64,000 nucleotides of DNA from an uncultured Gammaproteobacteria bacterium (lineage in GTDB: Bacteria > Patescibacteriota > Microgenomatia > Daviesbacterales > UBA10151). Made by a program: the position numbers and the translations under genes. This document shows positions 42,001 to 50,784 of the stretch, one piece after another; position 1 is the stretch's first letter; each line of letters begins with the position of its first letter. The notes under the pieces are model-generated. The model had not been told where the DNA came from and ran no database searches. It was given only the letters and a program-made list of their open reading frames with translations. The DNA is taken from the NCBI GenBank assembly GCA_964390595.1, contig CAYMIA010000004.1:4023-68022 (forward strand), given 5' to 3'.

Positions 42001-42316
42001 GCTTGATCCATATTTGAAAGAGTGGGAGGTAACAAGCAGTGATGGAAAGCAGCCAATATTACAAGGTGATCATTTTAAACCGTTTGGATATGCTAATGGT
42101 TGGCATTTGAATTTAGAGGAGTTGATAAAAAAGCTACCGGCTAACTCATATAGCCGGAATCCGGATGGGACGCTTTCTCTAAACTTGCTTTTGCAATTTA
42201 AATTAATGGGTTTCCATTACTTGTTTTTATATATCTCTATTGCTACTTTTGGGCTCGCGGTTATGTATTTGGTAAAGATTTATTTAATAGATAATTGGAG
42301 AAAAAGTCATGTCTAA
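39053..42316 (+). CDS. very large multidomain membrane protein with YfhO/AftD-like GT-C core
   Basis: Start ATG 39053 or 39014. TM, then ~170-aa soluble domain, 4-5 TM, YLGGDD GT-C core, IPGFVMFRNMYDKF, soluble C-domain with HFKPFGYANGW, final TM. Confidence 0.72.
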   Translation: MKKILFILFVSLVVVISWRLIAYVQQDISKNGFYTIVSNEYRNGFFAHGGVVAWQGDKLIGQFSAHDDNLGIIQIPTKYLPLSLAGQTVFKLKSLSQNDWSFQGTYENKGILIYDSYPFGLPLITDSKKRTYQFEITSTNIDSTKNPDFSSNHLFTEKYVFPHQSTKQYPLILIKKISSAFSDESFWRWDCLLVPTLLFAFLLLGIFTKTIRDNLIKPFVLELLPSLFKKRPVLILISAVVLFFFYLSNLNSNLFFLLFLFTWSTLILCFKLKPDFSFKAAITVLLLIPVFIFLGHDKLSEEIAVFVWAFFIIGVGHYLVDYYFSKQAKIRSLERAWVELSKKQKFLIGAAVVLGIFGISIFFKSYYLGGDDTKFYYLYPDLFYQNFVSKIGPDTSVSSLLSLLPPTSIAPFILPLVAIKFIFRAANLQFVLYSLNIFFGVFFFYKFIDYLIPRSDIFSKWAKFLGALLYCFSIFNFYSYFNSQLLVMYLLSTFPLSMLLFIKAVREQKIHLVVICALISTIFGFLSVYIPWLSALFIVSLPLYLLFFLEHKKRFLAYSGLLIGLLILLNCHWFVYLTFSSVLNQSFGYTDPSITTDAFRKLNEQGIKIASSINSPIYPLLNSYHYDIQKNFNWPFLAIYESWYKNLLWINIFFIGIILWAVFLNSKEKGSNWPFVTTVSSLLIGVYFFTVNIGGWGQPLFIWLNNTIPGFVMFRNMYDKFAPAMAWSFALAFSASLISIILRIHSKQTKQILLGFSLFLIALNAKPFLLNEFNNVPIWTTKATYNTISGLNQDYLNLLEFVRSQDTSARYLELPLSYGNISQIQDQSLSNHYYNGLAPLLILTGKNDYSGAMSFGSFGQELIDDIQEHRYQEFGLLLRQFNVKYVIVNKSLNDELINSYIFGGLYQKQNDEFKRVILGQKIKDFGSRYSMYEINPEFAVDKIYLAADFKQLPTVNELQFKKLSSTKYQINIPSIHQDSDLVLLDPYLKEWEVTSSDGKQPILQGDHFKPFGYANGWHLNLEELIKKLPANSYSRNPDGTLSLNLLLQFKLMGFHYLFLYISIATFGLAVMYLVKIYLIDNWRKSHV

Positions 42317-43859
42317 GCTATCTTTAGTTTTGATTACTTTCACCATACTGAGTTTACTTGGTTTTATTTTTTACCACCCTCATTTTAATTTGGCCGATCA
42401 AAGTTTATTTGGACAGGCGGATTCCCGTTTTTCTTTAACTACGACTGATTGTAAGCTATTGGCTATCAATCCAGTTTATTTACCGCCAGTGACCCACAAT
42501 CCAGCTGATTCAAAGTATCGATTGATTACCTTTTTGGAATCTTATCAGCTAGCGACGAATCAGCACGACCGGCTTTTTTTTGCTGAAAAAAGAGTAGCCG
42601 AGATGCAAAATTGGAAGGATAGTTTGTTGGTTAGTTCAAACATTGATTTGAATAGAAGGTATGATTCATGGGACTTTGAGCTGGCGAGGTACTATTCGCT
42701 GATGAATGAGTCGATTAGTAGCGATTTGATGGTTAGAACGGGGGACATTCAAAGAAGCCTCTTTCAAAATAGAATTCTGATCGAGGAGGTAATTAAGTCG
42801 GCCAATATTTCGCCAGAAAATAGATTAAGGATCCTTGGTTTGTCCGGGTCAATCTTTGATGATTTATTTGCTAAGGCTGACTTGAAGTCATGTTTAAATG
42901 ATCAAGTGGGAACCTATTCCTTAAAAAAGATTCAGGACAATACCGATTTTGGTATTTACCAGGTATCATTTAGTCTGGATGATAAAAACTTGAGTCATAA
43001 TGCCTCGTCGTCCGCGACGCTAGAGGTGGGAGATAAAATATATACTCCCGAAGTTTCGGCAAAAAATCAGTTTCGGCGAGTTTTATTCGAGAACGTCGAA
43101 ATTAATTCGGGGGCCGATCTACTAAGATTAAATCTTGAGCCAATGAATCAGAATCAGCCAAATGCATTCCCCCGACTTTTAATGGAAAAGGTGGAAAATT
43201 TAAATAACTTTAGTGTTAATTTTAAATCTTTAGGGGGTGATAGTTACAAGGTAGTTTTAGATAATTTTTCAGCTGAACAAAAAAATATATTACTGAGCAG
43301 TGTTAATTTAGCGTTTCATCCGTCTTCGATGAAATATATTAGTGGTTCAAAGTTACAAATTGAATTTAAACCTTGGTTGAAGAATTTACTTTGGAGTTTG
43401 TTTTGCCTTTTTAGTATTCTCGCAATTCTAAGTTTACTTCTTAAAAAAATCAGAGGAGTTGGTGAAAAATTGCAAGTAAGAATATATAAATCCTCAGGCG
43501 GGATAGCAAGAGCTGCGAGATTTATTAGTAAATGGAGCGTTTTTATTGTGATAGTTGATGTGCTTCTCATCGGAGGTGATATTTTTCTCCTCAAGCTAAA
43601 TTTTGACTTAATCACCTTTTTGATATCGGTCACTTTGATAATGGTATTATTGTCTTCAGAAAAATATAACAAGTTGCTGTTGGCTTTAGTGACTTTGTTG
43701 TTAATACTTAGCTTGACTCTGGCTAGCACTAATCCAGTTATTTCTCATCCAATTATTTCTCACAAAGCGGCTGACTGGGTGTTTATTTTAATTTTAATTG
43801 GAATCGTTAAACTGGTTATAAAACAAACTTTGAGAAAGTTAAACAATGAAGAAAGTTAA
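42309..43859 (+). CDS. membrane protein with N-terminal anchor, DUF5667-like helical domain and C-terminal TM bundle
   Basis: YLPP..P..KYRL..FLE..LFFAEKRVAE resembles DUF5667; about 5 C-terminal TMs. Confidence 0.55.
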   Translation: MSKLSLVLITFTILSLLGFIFYHPHFNLADQSLFGQADSRFSLTTTDCKLLAINPVYLPPVTHNPADSKYRLITFLESYQLATNQHDRLFFAEKRVAEMQNWKDSLLVSSNIDLNRRYDSWDFELARYYSLMNESISSDLMVRTGDIQRSLFQNRILIEEVIKSANISPENRLRILGLSGSIFDDLFAKADLKSCLNDQVGTYSLKKIQDNTDFGIYQVSFSLDDKNLSHNASSSATLEVGDKIYTPEVSAKNQFRRVLFENVEINSGADLLRLNLEPMNQNQPNAFPRLLMEKVENLNNFSVNFKSLGGDSYKVVLDNFSAEQKNILLSSVNLAFHPSSMKYISGSKLQIEFKPWLKNLLWSLFCLFSILAILSLLLKKIRGVGEKLQVRIYKSSGGIARAARFISKWSVFIVIVDVLLIGGDIFLLKLNFDLITFLISVTLIMVLLSSEKYNKLLLALVTLLLILSLTLASTNPVISHPIISHKAADWVFILILIGIVKLVIKQTLRKLNNEES

Positions 43860-44775
43860 ATGTTTGATTTGTGGGGGGGAGTTAAAATTTGTTTTTAATG
43901 GTTTTGATCTACTTTATAAAACAACCGAGAAAAATTTTCCAATCTATAGATGTCAAACATGTCTGCTAGAAATAATAAATCCGCTACCATCCCCAAGTCA
44001 GGAAAAAGTCTTTTATTCTAATAACTACTATTCCTATTATAAGCAAACTGATAAAAATTTCTTTCTAAAATTAAGGGAGAAAATAGTAGAAAATGCCTAT
44101 ACAAAAAATTCAAAAAAAGATTTGATGTATATTCTGGCGGTTCTGGCTAAGGCTCTATTTCAGGGTCTACCACTCAGGAGATTAGGTAAGGGCCGATTTT
44201 TGGATGTGGGCTGTGGAAACGATTACAACATTGAAATTCTTAAGAAATATGGTTGGCAAGCAAAGGGCTTTGAGGTTGGGGAGAGGAAGATAGTGGGGGA
44301 GGTCTTTTTTGATACGGACATTAAGAAGGTAAATTTTAGACAAAAATTTGATTACATTAGAGTTTGGCATGTATTAGAACATGTTAGAAATCCGGATCAA
44401 TTTTTAGACAAACTTTATTCGCTTCTTGAGGATCAAGGCCGAGTTGTATTTGGATTGCCAAACACTAAAAGCTTTTATGCCATGATATTTGGCAAATATT
44501 GGTACAATCGAGATATACCTAGACATCTGATTAATTATAATGTGGATAATTTAAAGATCATACTGAGTAGACATGGTTTTAATGTAGAGAAAGTGAAATA
44601 TCTTTCAACAGGTGGATTTGTTGGAAGTATTCAGCATCTAATAAATGACAAATTTGGATTAAAGATTAATTTAATTAATAGTTGGTTGTTAATTTTTTTG
44701 TTTTTACCATTGGATTTACTTTCTAATCTCTTTAAGAGGGCCGATGTAATTGTAGTTGAGGCGGCTAAAAAATGA
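43846..44775 (+). CDS. class I SAM-dependent methyltransferase with N-terminal CxxC..CxxC
   Basis: CLIC, CQTC, FLDVGCG, FDYIRVWHVLEH, PRHL. Confidence 0.9.
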   Translation: MKKVKCLICGGELKFVFNGFDLLYKTTEKNFPIYRCQTCLLEIINPLPSPSQEKVFYSNNYYSYYKQTDKNFFLKLREKIVENAYTKNSKKDLMYILAVLAKALFQGLPLRRLGKGRFLDVGCGNDYNIEILKKYGWQAKGFEVGERKIVGEVFFDTDIKKVNFRQKFDYIRVWHVLEHVRNPDQFLDKLYSLLEDQGRVVFGLPNTKSFYAMIFGKYWYNRDIPRHLINYNVDNLKIILSRHGFNVEKVKYLSTGGFVGSIQHLINDKFGLKINLINSWLLIFLFLPLDLLSNLFKRADVIVVEAAKK

Positions 44776-44942
44776 CTAGCTGGTTCTTGAGATTAATGGC
44801 TGTTGGGTTTTTAATCGATTTGTTTGGTTTGGTGGTTTTACTTTCAATTCATCGGCTGGCCCATATTCAGGAGCTATTAAATATTTTGCTAGTGATAATT
44901 ATTTTTTCATTAGTTTTATACCTACTTGATTTAAGAAAATGA
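44772..44942 (+). CDS. 56-aa two-TM microprotein (not in ORF track)
   Basis: MTSWFLRLMAVGFLIDLFGLVVLLSIHRLAHIQELLNILLVIIIFSLVLYLLDLRK*. ATGA overlaps with both neighbours and it fills the gap exactly. Confidence 0.72.
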   Translation: MTSWFLRLMAVGFLIDLFGLVVLLSIHRLAHIQELLNILLVIIIFSLVLYLLDLRK

Positions 44943-47668
44943 AATCCAAAAGAATTTATCTACTGTTTCTGGCTGTATTAATTTTTGTTTTTTCTAACTT
45001 ATTACTATTTTCTCCGAGAGGCGCTAATGATTTTCCTTATATTTTTTCGGAGCAGCTTAAGACTGGGTTCTCGCTACCTTTGACCTGGATTACTAAATAC
45101 AGCGATGGTTTGGGGGCTGTTAATACTCCAATACTTTGGAGCTTTCCAATTGATTTTATTTATGGAATGCTGTCTTGGCTGGGTTTTGATTTTGCTGTTT
45201 TAGAACTAGTTGTGGGTATTTTACCGATTCTAGTAGTTGGACTTTTTAGCATCAATGCTTTTTTAAAACATTTTGAATTTTCTTTAAAAGCGCGGCTGGT
45301 CGCAACGCTATTTTTCCTGACAAATACTTATGTTTTGTCTTTGATTGATGGAGGTCAATTGCAGATTGCATTAGCATATAGTCTGTTTCCATTGGTTTTC
45401 TTAAAATCAATCCAATCAATCTCTGAGTCTTTTAAGTCAAAATTGGTGGCTAGCCTACTGATAGTTGGGTTGGGTTTTTGCGATATTAGGTTTGTGGTTA
45501 TTTTGGCGATTTTACTTTTGGTTTATTTTATCTTTAATTTAACCAGAAATTTTAAAGATCAGGCTTACCTTTGGAAATGGATTTATTTTGGTGTTATAGC
45601 TGGGATAGTGATTTTGTTAGCTAATTTTTATTGGATATTACCGCTGATTGCTCATGAAGTCGCCTTTTTACCAGCAACTTACTTGCGGGCTAGCCAGGTT
45701 GGTTTTTTAAGTTTTGCTAATTTGGGTCAGGCGTTTTTTGTTCAACAGCCGCACTGGTACCGAAATATATTTGGATTGACCACCCCACTTTTGCCAGCAT
45801 TTGCTGGAATTCCCCTAATTGCTTATTTGGCAATTTTTATAAAACGCAGGGATTTAAATGTAGTCTTTTGGGTAATTATTAGTTTGATGGGAGTGTTTTT
45901 GGTTAAGGGTGAAAATGCACCTTTAACTCAAGTCTATCCTTGGCTTTTTTCTCATATTCCGGGTTGGGTGCTCTTTCGTGATCCGACTAAGTTTTATGTA
46001 CTGATTTGTTTAGCTGATGCGTTTTTAATAGCGGTGACTTTGGACTGGATAGTCAAATATTTTAAGCGATTTTTGTGGCTTTCAACTATTTTGATTTCAC
46101 TGATCGTAGTGTATTTTGTATTGCTAATTTACCCGGTCTATACGGGGAAAATGACAGGGATGTTAAACACGCCAGTCTGGCGTGAGCAATACACTAAACT
46201 AGCGGATATCTTAAGAAGGGATGCTAGTTATTCACAAGTTCTTTGGTTGCCTACCAAGAGTCCACTTGGTTATTCCAGCCCCACTCATCCATCACTTGAG
46301 GGTTTAACCATATACCAAAAAAGGCCTTTTTTGATTGGAGTTGTTGGGAGTTATGAATTATTTAATTTTATTAGGGAGTCTAATTTTGTTTCACAGCTAA
46401 TGGATATATCATCTGTTGGTTATATTGCTTATCCACCTCTTGATCCGCGAAGAATCGATCAGCGCGATCAATATAGTCCTGATTTATACAAATATTACAA
46501 TCAATTTTTGGATCAACTAAGTCAGCTGCCATGGCTTTCCAGGGTTACTGATTCGCCGATCCCTTTATTTAAAACTAAGCATAATCAACCAAAGATATTT
46601 GTCGCTCAAAATTTATGGTGGGTGATTGGTTCAGATGATATTTATGAACAGGCCAGCCAAAGCGGAACATTAAAAAACAACGCTTTAGTTTTTGGGCAGC
46701 AAAATCCACAGGTTGGGGAAAGATTAACTGATTTTAGAAATGCCAAGGTTGTTTTACATCAAACTCATGAGTTAGATTTAGCAGCTAGTTTGATTGATCA
46801 GAAAGAGCTATTATTTCCAGCCTCAAAGCTGGCTTTTGATCCAGATTCAACTGGATGGTGGAAAAGAGAGAGTTCAGATCTACTAAATTGGCGGGATTTT
46901 CTGCAAACCAAGTATCAGCTAGATAACTTAGACTTTGATTTAGGTGGGGGTTTTGCAGTTGCTGAAGGGAGCAAGCAGTTGAATGTGGGAACAGGCCGGG
47001 ACTATAAAGGATCATTGCTTTTAGCTAGGGTAATGGAGAGTACCAGGAGTGGTCAACTGACATTTAGTCAAAAAGGTGAACAGATTGGTACCGCCACTAC
47101 CAAGAATGAGAGGCCAGATTTAGTCACTATTAAAATGACTGGCTATGGAAGAATACCTGATAAGATCTCAACTTTTGAAAAAACTCACTTCTACTGGAAG
47201 GAGATTGGAGTATTAACTCAAAACTCACCCATAACTATTGAGTCAATGGGCGACATTAATGTAGTTAATTCTTTGGCGGTTGTTCCTCAAGATATCTGGA
47301 AAGTAAAAAAGCAATTTGTTGCGGCACTGTCAAAAGAGGGTCGGATTGTTCCCTTTGAGCCGAGCAATGAAGATCTCTCAGCTGTTAGTTTTCAAGAGAT
47401 CAATCCGGCTAAATTTAAGGTTAACATAAGTGGTCTAACTCATCCGGTAATGTTAATTCTCGCTCAGAATTATGATTCAGGGTGGGTTATTGGGAAAACC
47501 TCATCCTTACCCATTTATAGTTTGTTAAACGGCTATAAGATTGAGGGTGATGGAGAGTTTATTCTTGAGTACTATCCGCAAAGATTTGTTGTTCCAGGTT
47601 TGGTGGTTTCAGGAGGGGCATTTCTGTTGATTTTATCTTTGCTTCTTTGGAAAGTAAGGAGAAATTAG
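44939..47668 (+). CDS. large YfhO/AftD-like GT-C membrane protein with long extracytoplasmic region
   Basis: ANDFP, multi-TM, KGENAPL, IPGWVLFRDPTKF, ~480-aa soluble region, NYDSGW..LLNGY, C-terminal TM. Confidence 0.75.
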   Translation: MKSKRIYLLFLAVLIFVFSNLLLFSPRGANDFPYIFSEQLKTGFSLPLTWITKYSDGLGAVNTPILWSFPIDFIYGMLSWLGFDFAVLELVVGILPILVVGLFSINAFLKHFEFSLKARLVATLFFLTNTYVLSLIDGGQLQIALAYSLFPLVFLKSIQSISESFKSKLVASLLIVGLGFCDIRFVVILAILLLVYFIFNLTRNFKDQAYLWKWIYFGVIAGIVILLANFYWILPLIAHEVAFLPATYLRASQVGFLSFANLGQAFFVQQPHWYRNIFGLTTPLLPAFAGIPLIAYLAIFIKRRDLNVVFWVIISLMGVFLVKGENAPLTQVYPWLFSHIPGWVLFRDPTKFYVLICLADAFLIAVTLDWIVKYFKRFLWLSTILISLIVVYFVLLIYPVYTGKMTGMLNTPVWREQYTKLADILRRDASYSQVLWLPTKSPLGYSSPTHPSLEGLTIYQKRPFLIGVVGSYELFNFIRESNFVSQLMDISSVGYIAYPPLDPRRIDQRDQYSPDLYKYYNQFLDQLSQLPWLSRVTDSPIPLFKTKHNQPKIFVAQNLWWVIGSDDIYEQASQSGTLKNNALVFGQQNPQVGERLTDFRNAKVVLHQTHELDLAASLIDQKELLFPASKLAFDPDSTGWWKRESSDLLNWRDFLQTKYQLDNLDFDLGGGFAVAEGSKQLNVGTGRDYKGSLLLARVMESTRSGQLTFSQKGEQIGTATTKNERPDLVTIKMTGYGRIPDKISTFEKTHFYWKEIGVLTQNSPITIESMGDINVVNSLAVVPQDIWKVKKQFVAALSKEGRIVPFEPSNEDLSAVSFQEINPAKFKVNISGLTHPVMLILAQNYDSGWVIGKTSSLPIYSLLNGYKIEGDGEFILEYYPQRFVVPGLVVSGGAFLLILSLLLWKVRRN

Positions 47669-47680
47669 TAGTATTAAGAC

Positions 47681-48955
47681 ATGTACCTAAAGCCAGTTAG
47701 ATTGATCCTAAAAACAAAAACACTGCAGCAGAGTTTGGTTACTGTTGGGGCGACACTTTTAAACGGAGCATTGGGGGCGGCTTTCTATATTAGTTTGGCC
47801 CGTTTTTTGGGTCCAGAAGATTTTGGAGTTGTAGTCATTGCAATCTCTTTAATGACAGTTATAGGAGATATCGCCGATTTTGGTATTAATAGCAGTTTGG
47901 TCCGATTTGTGCCAGCGGACCTGCGGGATAATCCTAAAAACGCATATAAACTTTTAAAAATTAGTTTGGAGATTAAACTAGTGGTGTGGTTGTTGATTTT
48001 TGGCTTGGGTTACTTTCTAGCTCCTATGCTAGCTGCTTATTTTGGAAGAGGTGAGTTAGTTTTACCGCTTAGATTAGTTTTATTTGGAGTTGGGGGGGCA
48101 ATCTTATTTTCATTTAGCGCGGCAGCTATTCAATCTTTTCAAAGATATTGGATTTGGTCAGCCCTTTTTGTAACAACTAATTTTTTAAGGTTGATTTTAA
48201 TAATAATCTTAATTTTGTTCGGTAGTTTGTCAATCACAACTGGGCTGATGAGCTTTATTCTCTTTCCATTTATTGGCTTTATTTTGGCTAGTTTTTTTCT
48301 GCCAGTCAGAGCAGTTTTAAAAGCCAAAAACGATAGACAAGTATTTAGTAATTTGTTTCAATATAGCCGCTTTGTGGCTTTGTCGGCCATCATTTATGCT
48401 CTCTATTCCCGGGTGGATATTTTTTTAAATGGGCATTTTACTTCTGTCTTCCAAACAGGTATTTATGGGGCAGCAAGTCAACTAGTTAACTTTGTTCCAC
48501 AGCTAATTGGAGCCTTAGGTGTGGTGGCAGCTCCTAAGTTTGCTAGTTTTACGAGTCATCAGCAAATGATGGAGTACTTGAAGAAGTTTCAACTACTGGT
48601 GCTATTTCTAGTGATAGTAGGTCTCTTGAGTTTGCCTTTGTTAGTTTACTTAATTCCACTGATATTTGGGTCAATTTATGCTCAGTCGGTAGTTGTTTTT
48701 GGAATATTACTAATGTCGACTTTGGTTTTACTTTTGGCGATTCCTTATCACGATGCGATCAGATACTATTTTAAGAATTCGCGGATCTTTGTTTGGATTA
48801 ATTTTTTCCAATTACTTTTGATGATTATACTCGGTAGTATTTTAGTGACGAGCTTTGGAATTGTGGGGACTGCCTTTGCAGTTTTACTTTCGACTATTTT
48901 TAATTTTGTTTTTTCCTTGTTATACTTCCTATATCTTTTAAAAAAAGTTAAATGA
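47681..48955 (+). CDS. Wzx/MOP-family oligosaccharide flippase
   Basis: ARFLGPEDFG, DFGINSSLVRF, RVDIF, GIYGAA, FGIVGTA; about 12 TM. Confidence 0.88.
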   Translation: MYLKPVRLILKTKTLQQSLVTVGATLLNGALGAAFYISLARFLGPEDFGVVVIAISLMTVIGDIADFGINSSLVRFVPADLRDNPKNAYKLLKISLEIKLVVWLLIFGLGYFLAPMLAAYFGRGELVLPLRLVLFGVGGAILFSFSAAAIQSFQRYWIWSALFVTTNFLRLILIIILILFGSLSITTGLMSFILFPFIGFILASFFLPVRAVLKAKNDRQVFSNLFQYSRFVALSAIIYALYSRVDIFLNGHFTSVFQTGIYGAASQLVNFVPQLIGALGVVAAPKFASFTSHQQMMEYLKKFQLLVLFLVIVGLLSLPLLVYLIPLIFGSIYAQSVVVFGILLMSTLVLLLAIPYHDAIRYYFKNSRIFVWINFFQLLLMIILGSILVTSFGIVGTAFAVLLSTIFNFVFSLLYFLYLLKKVK

Positions 48956-48983
48956 GCTCTGATACATCATCAAAGATTTTGAC

Positions 48984-48989
48984 TACAAT
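48984..48989 (+). promoter_or_regulatory. putative -10 box (TACAAT) 8 nt before ATG
   Basis: TACAAT-ttaatcca-ATG(48998). Confidence 0.5.
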
Positions 48990-48997
48990 TTAATCCA

Positions 48998-49768
48998 ATG
49001 ATCTCAGTGGTAATAGTAACTTTTAATGAAGCGGATAAATTAATTAGATGTTTAAAAAGCATTAAGGATTTTGTTCAGGAGATAGTAGTGGTTGATATTG
49101 GTTCAACTGATTCAACAGAGGAAGTTTTAAAAAAATTCAACGCGAGAGTTTTTAAACATAGATGGGTGCCTTACGCGGATCCAATTAGAAATTTCGCTTT
49201 GTCTAAAGCGTCGGGTGACTGGGTACTGATGTTGGATCCAGATGAGGTAGTTCCGGTAAAGTTAAAAAGATATTTGAAGGATTTTACTAAAATTGCTAAG
49301 GACCAAGATTTGGTGGCAATCAACATACCTTTTAAAAATGTTTTTTTTGGTCAATGGATCGCTCATACTAATTTTTGGCCAGATAAACATATTAGATTTT
49401 TCAAAAAGGGCCGGGTGGTTTGGCAGAGTCAGGTTCACTCTTACCCTCAGGTTTCAGGACAAATTTGGGAGGCCCCAAATGATTCAGACCTCGCGATTGT
49501 TCATCTTGGATATGAAACTTATCAGCAATTCATTATCAAGCAAAGAAAATATGCTTTGGCGGCGGCTCAAAATATCGTTTCCTCCGGAGGTGGATTTTCA
49601 TTTTTGAATTTGATTTGGATGCCAACAAGAGAGTTTTTAGCCCGTTTTATTAAACATCAAGGCTATAAAGATGGCAAACACGGGGTTTTTTTGGTTGGAG
49701 TATTGATGTGGTACCATCTGTTGATTCAGCTGAATATAATTAAGCTGAAAACTGGTAGAATAAAGTAA
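48998..49768 (+). CDS. GT2 glycosyltransferase, WaaE/KdtX-like
   Basis: TFNEA, RNFAL, MLDPDE, WPDKHIRFF, GYKDGKHG. Confidence 0.88.
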   Translation: MISVVIVTFNEADKLIRCLKSIKDFVQEIVVVDIGSTDSTEEVLKKFNARVFKHRWVPYADPIRNFALSKASGDWVLMLDPDEVVPVKLKRYLKDFTKIAKDQDLVAINIPFKNVFFGQWIAHTNFWPDKHIRFFKKGRVVWQSQVHSYPQVSGQIWEAPNDSDLAIVHLGYETYQQFIIKQRKYALAAAQNIVSSGGGFSFLNLIWMPTREFLARFIKHQGYKDGKHGVFLVGVLMWYHLLIQLNIIKLKTGRIK

Positions 49769-50784
49769 TGAGGGTTGGTTTTGATATCTCCCAAGCAGCT
49801 CATGGTGGTGGCGTTTCTGTTTATACAAAAAATTTATCGAAAGAGTTAGAAAAAAACAGTGCTTTGAAAATGGTCTATTTTTATAGCTCACTGCGGCGTC
49901 CTTATCTGGGAGATCTGAGAAATGTTAAGCAATTTAGAATTCCCCCAACCTTGCTTGAGCCTTGGTTTAACAAAGTCCATAAAATTGAAATTGAAAGACT
50001 AATTGGTGAGCTGGATATATTCCATAGCTCTGATTGGACACAGCCTCCAACTAAGGCCAAAAAAATAACAACTTATCATGATGTAGTGCCACTCAAATAC
50101 CCGCAGTGGTCAGTATCTAAAGTTATTAATGTTCATAAAAGAAGATTGAAGTGGGTAGAAAAAGAGATTGATCAAGTAATCGCTGTATCAAATGCTACTA
50201 AACAAGATTTAATTAGTCTGTCAAAAATTCCGGCAGATAAAATAACTGTTGTGTACTCTGGTGTAGATCAAAAGGTTTTTTGCAAACAAGATGAAAAAGA
50301 TATCGAACAATTTAGAAAAAAGTATAACCTGCCTGAGAAATTCATTTTGGCTATTGGCGGAGTGGGGGTAAGAAGGAATTTGGATAGAGTTAAAGAGGCA
50401 GCTGGCGATATCCTGGTCGTTACATCTGGAATTAGTATTCCTTTTTTGCCTGAAAAAGAGATGCCGATTTTGTATGCCAGTTCGCAGATGTTGGTTTATC
50501 CGTCACTCTATGAGGGTTTTGGTTTTCCGATTTTAGAGGCAATGGCCTGTGGAGTACCAGTTATAACCTCAAATATCTCAGCTATGCCTGAGGTTGGTGG
50601 TGATGCGGCTTTATATGTGGATCCGATGAATGCAAATGATATTTCAGAAAAGATACAGGAGTTGTTATCTGATCAGAATTTAAGAAAAGATCTCATCTCC
50701 AAAGGTTTTAAACAGGCTGATAAATTTAGCTGGGAAGAAACTGCCAAACAGACTGCTCAGATTTATCATCAAGTCCTTAAATGA
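49768..50784 (+). CDS. GT4 glycosyltransferase, MtfB-like
   Basis: [37 protein letters not shown]. Confidence 0.9.
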   Translation: MRVGFDISQAAHGGGVSVYTKNLSKELEKNSALKMVYFYSSLRRPYLGDLRNVKQFRIPPTLLEPWFNKVHKIEIERLIGELDIFHSSDWTQPPTKAKKITTYHDVVPLKYPQWSVSKVINVHKRRLKWVEKEIDQVIAVSNATKQDLISLSKIPADKITVVYSGVDQKVFCKQDEKDIEQFRKKYNLPEKFILAIGGVGVRRNLDRVKEAAGDILVVTSGISIPFLPEKEMPILYASSQMLVYPSLYEGFGFPILEAMACGVPVITSNISAMPEVGGDAALYVDPMNANDISEKIQELLSDQNLRKDLISKGFKQADKFSWEETAKQTAQIYHQVLK

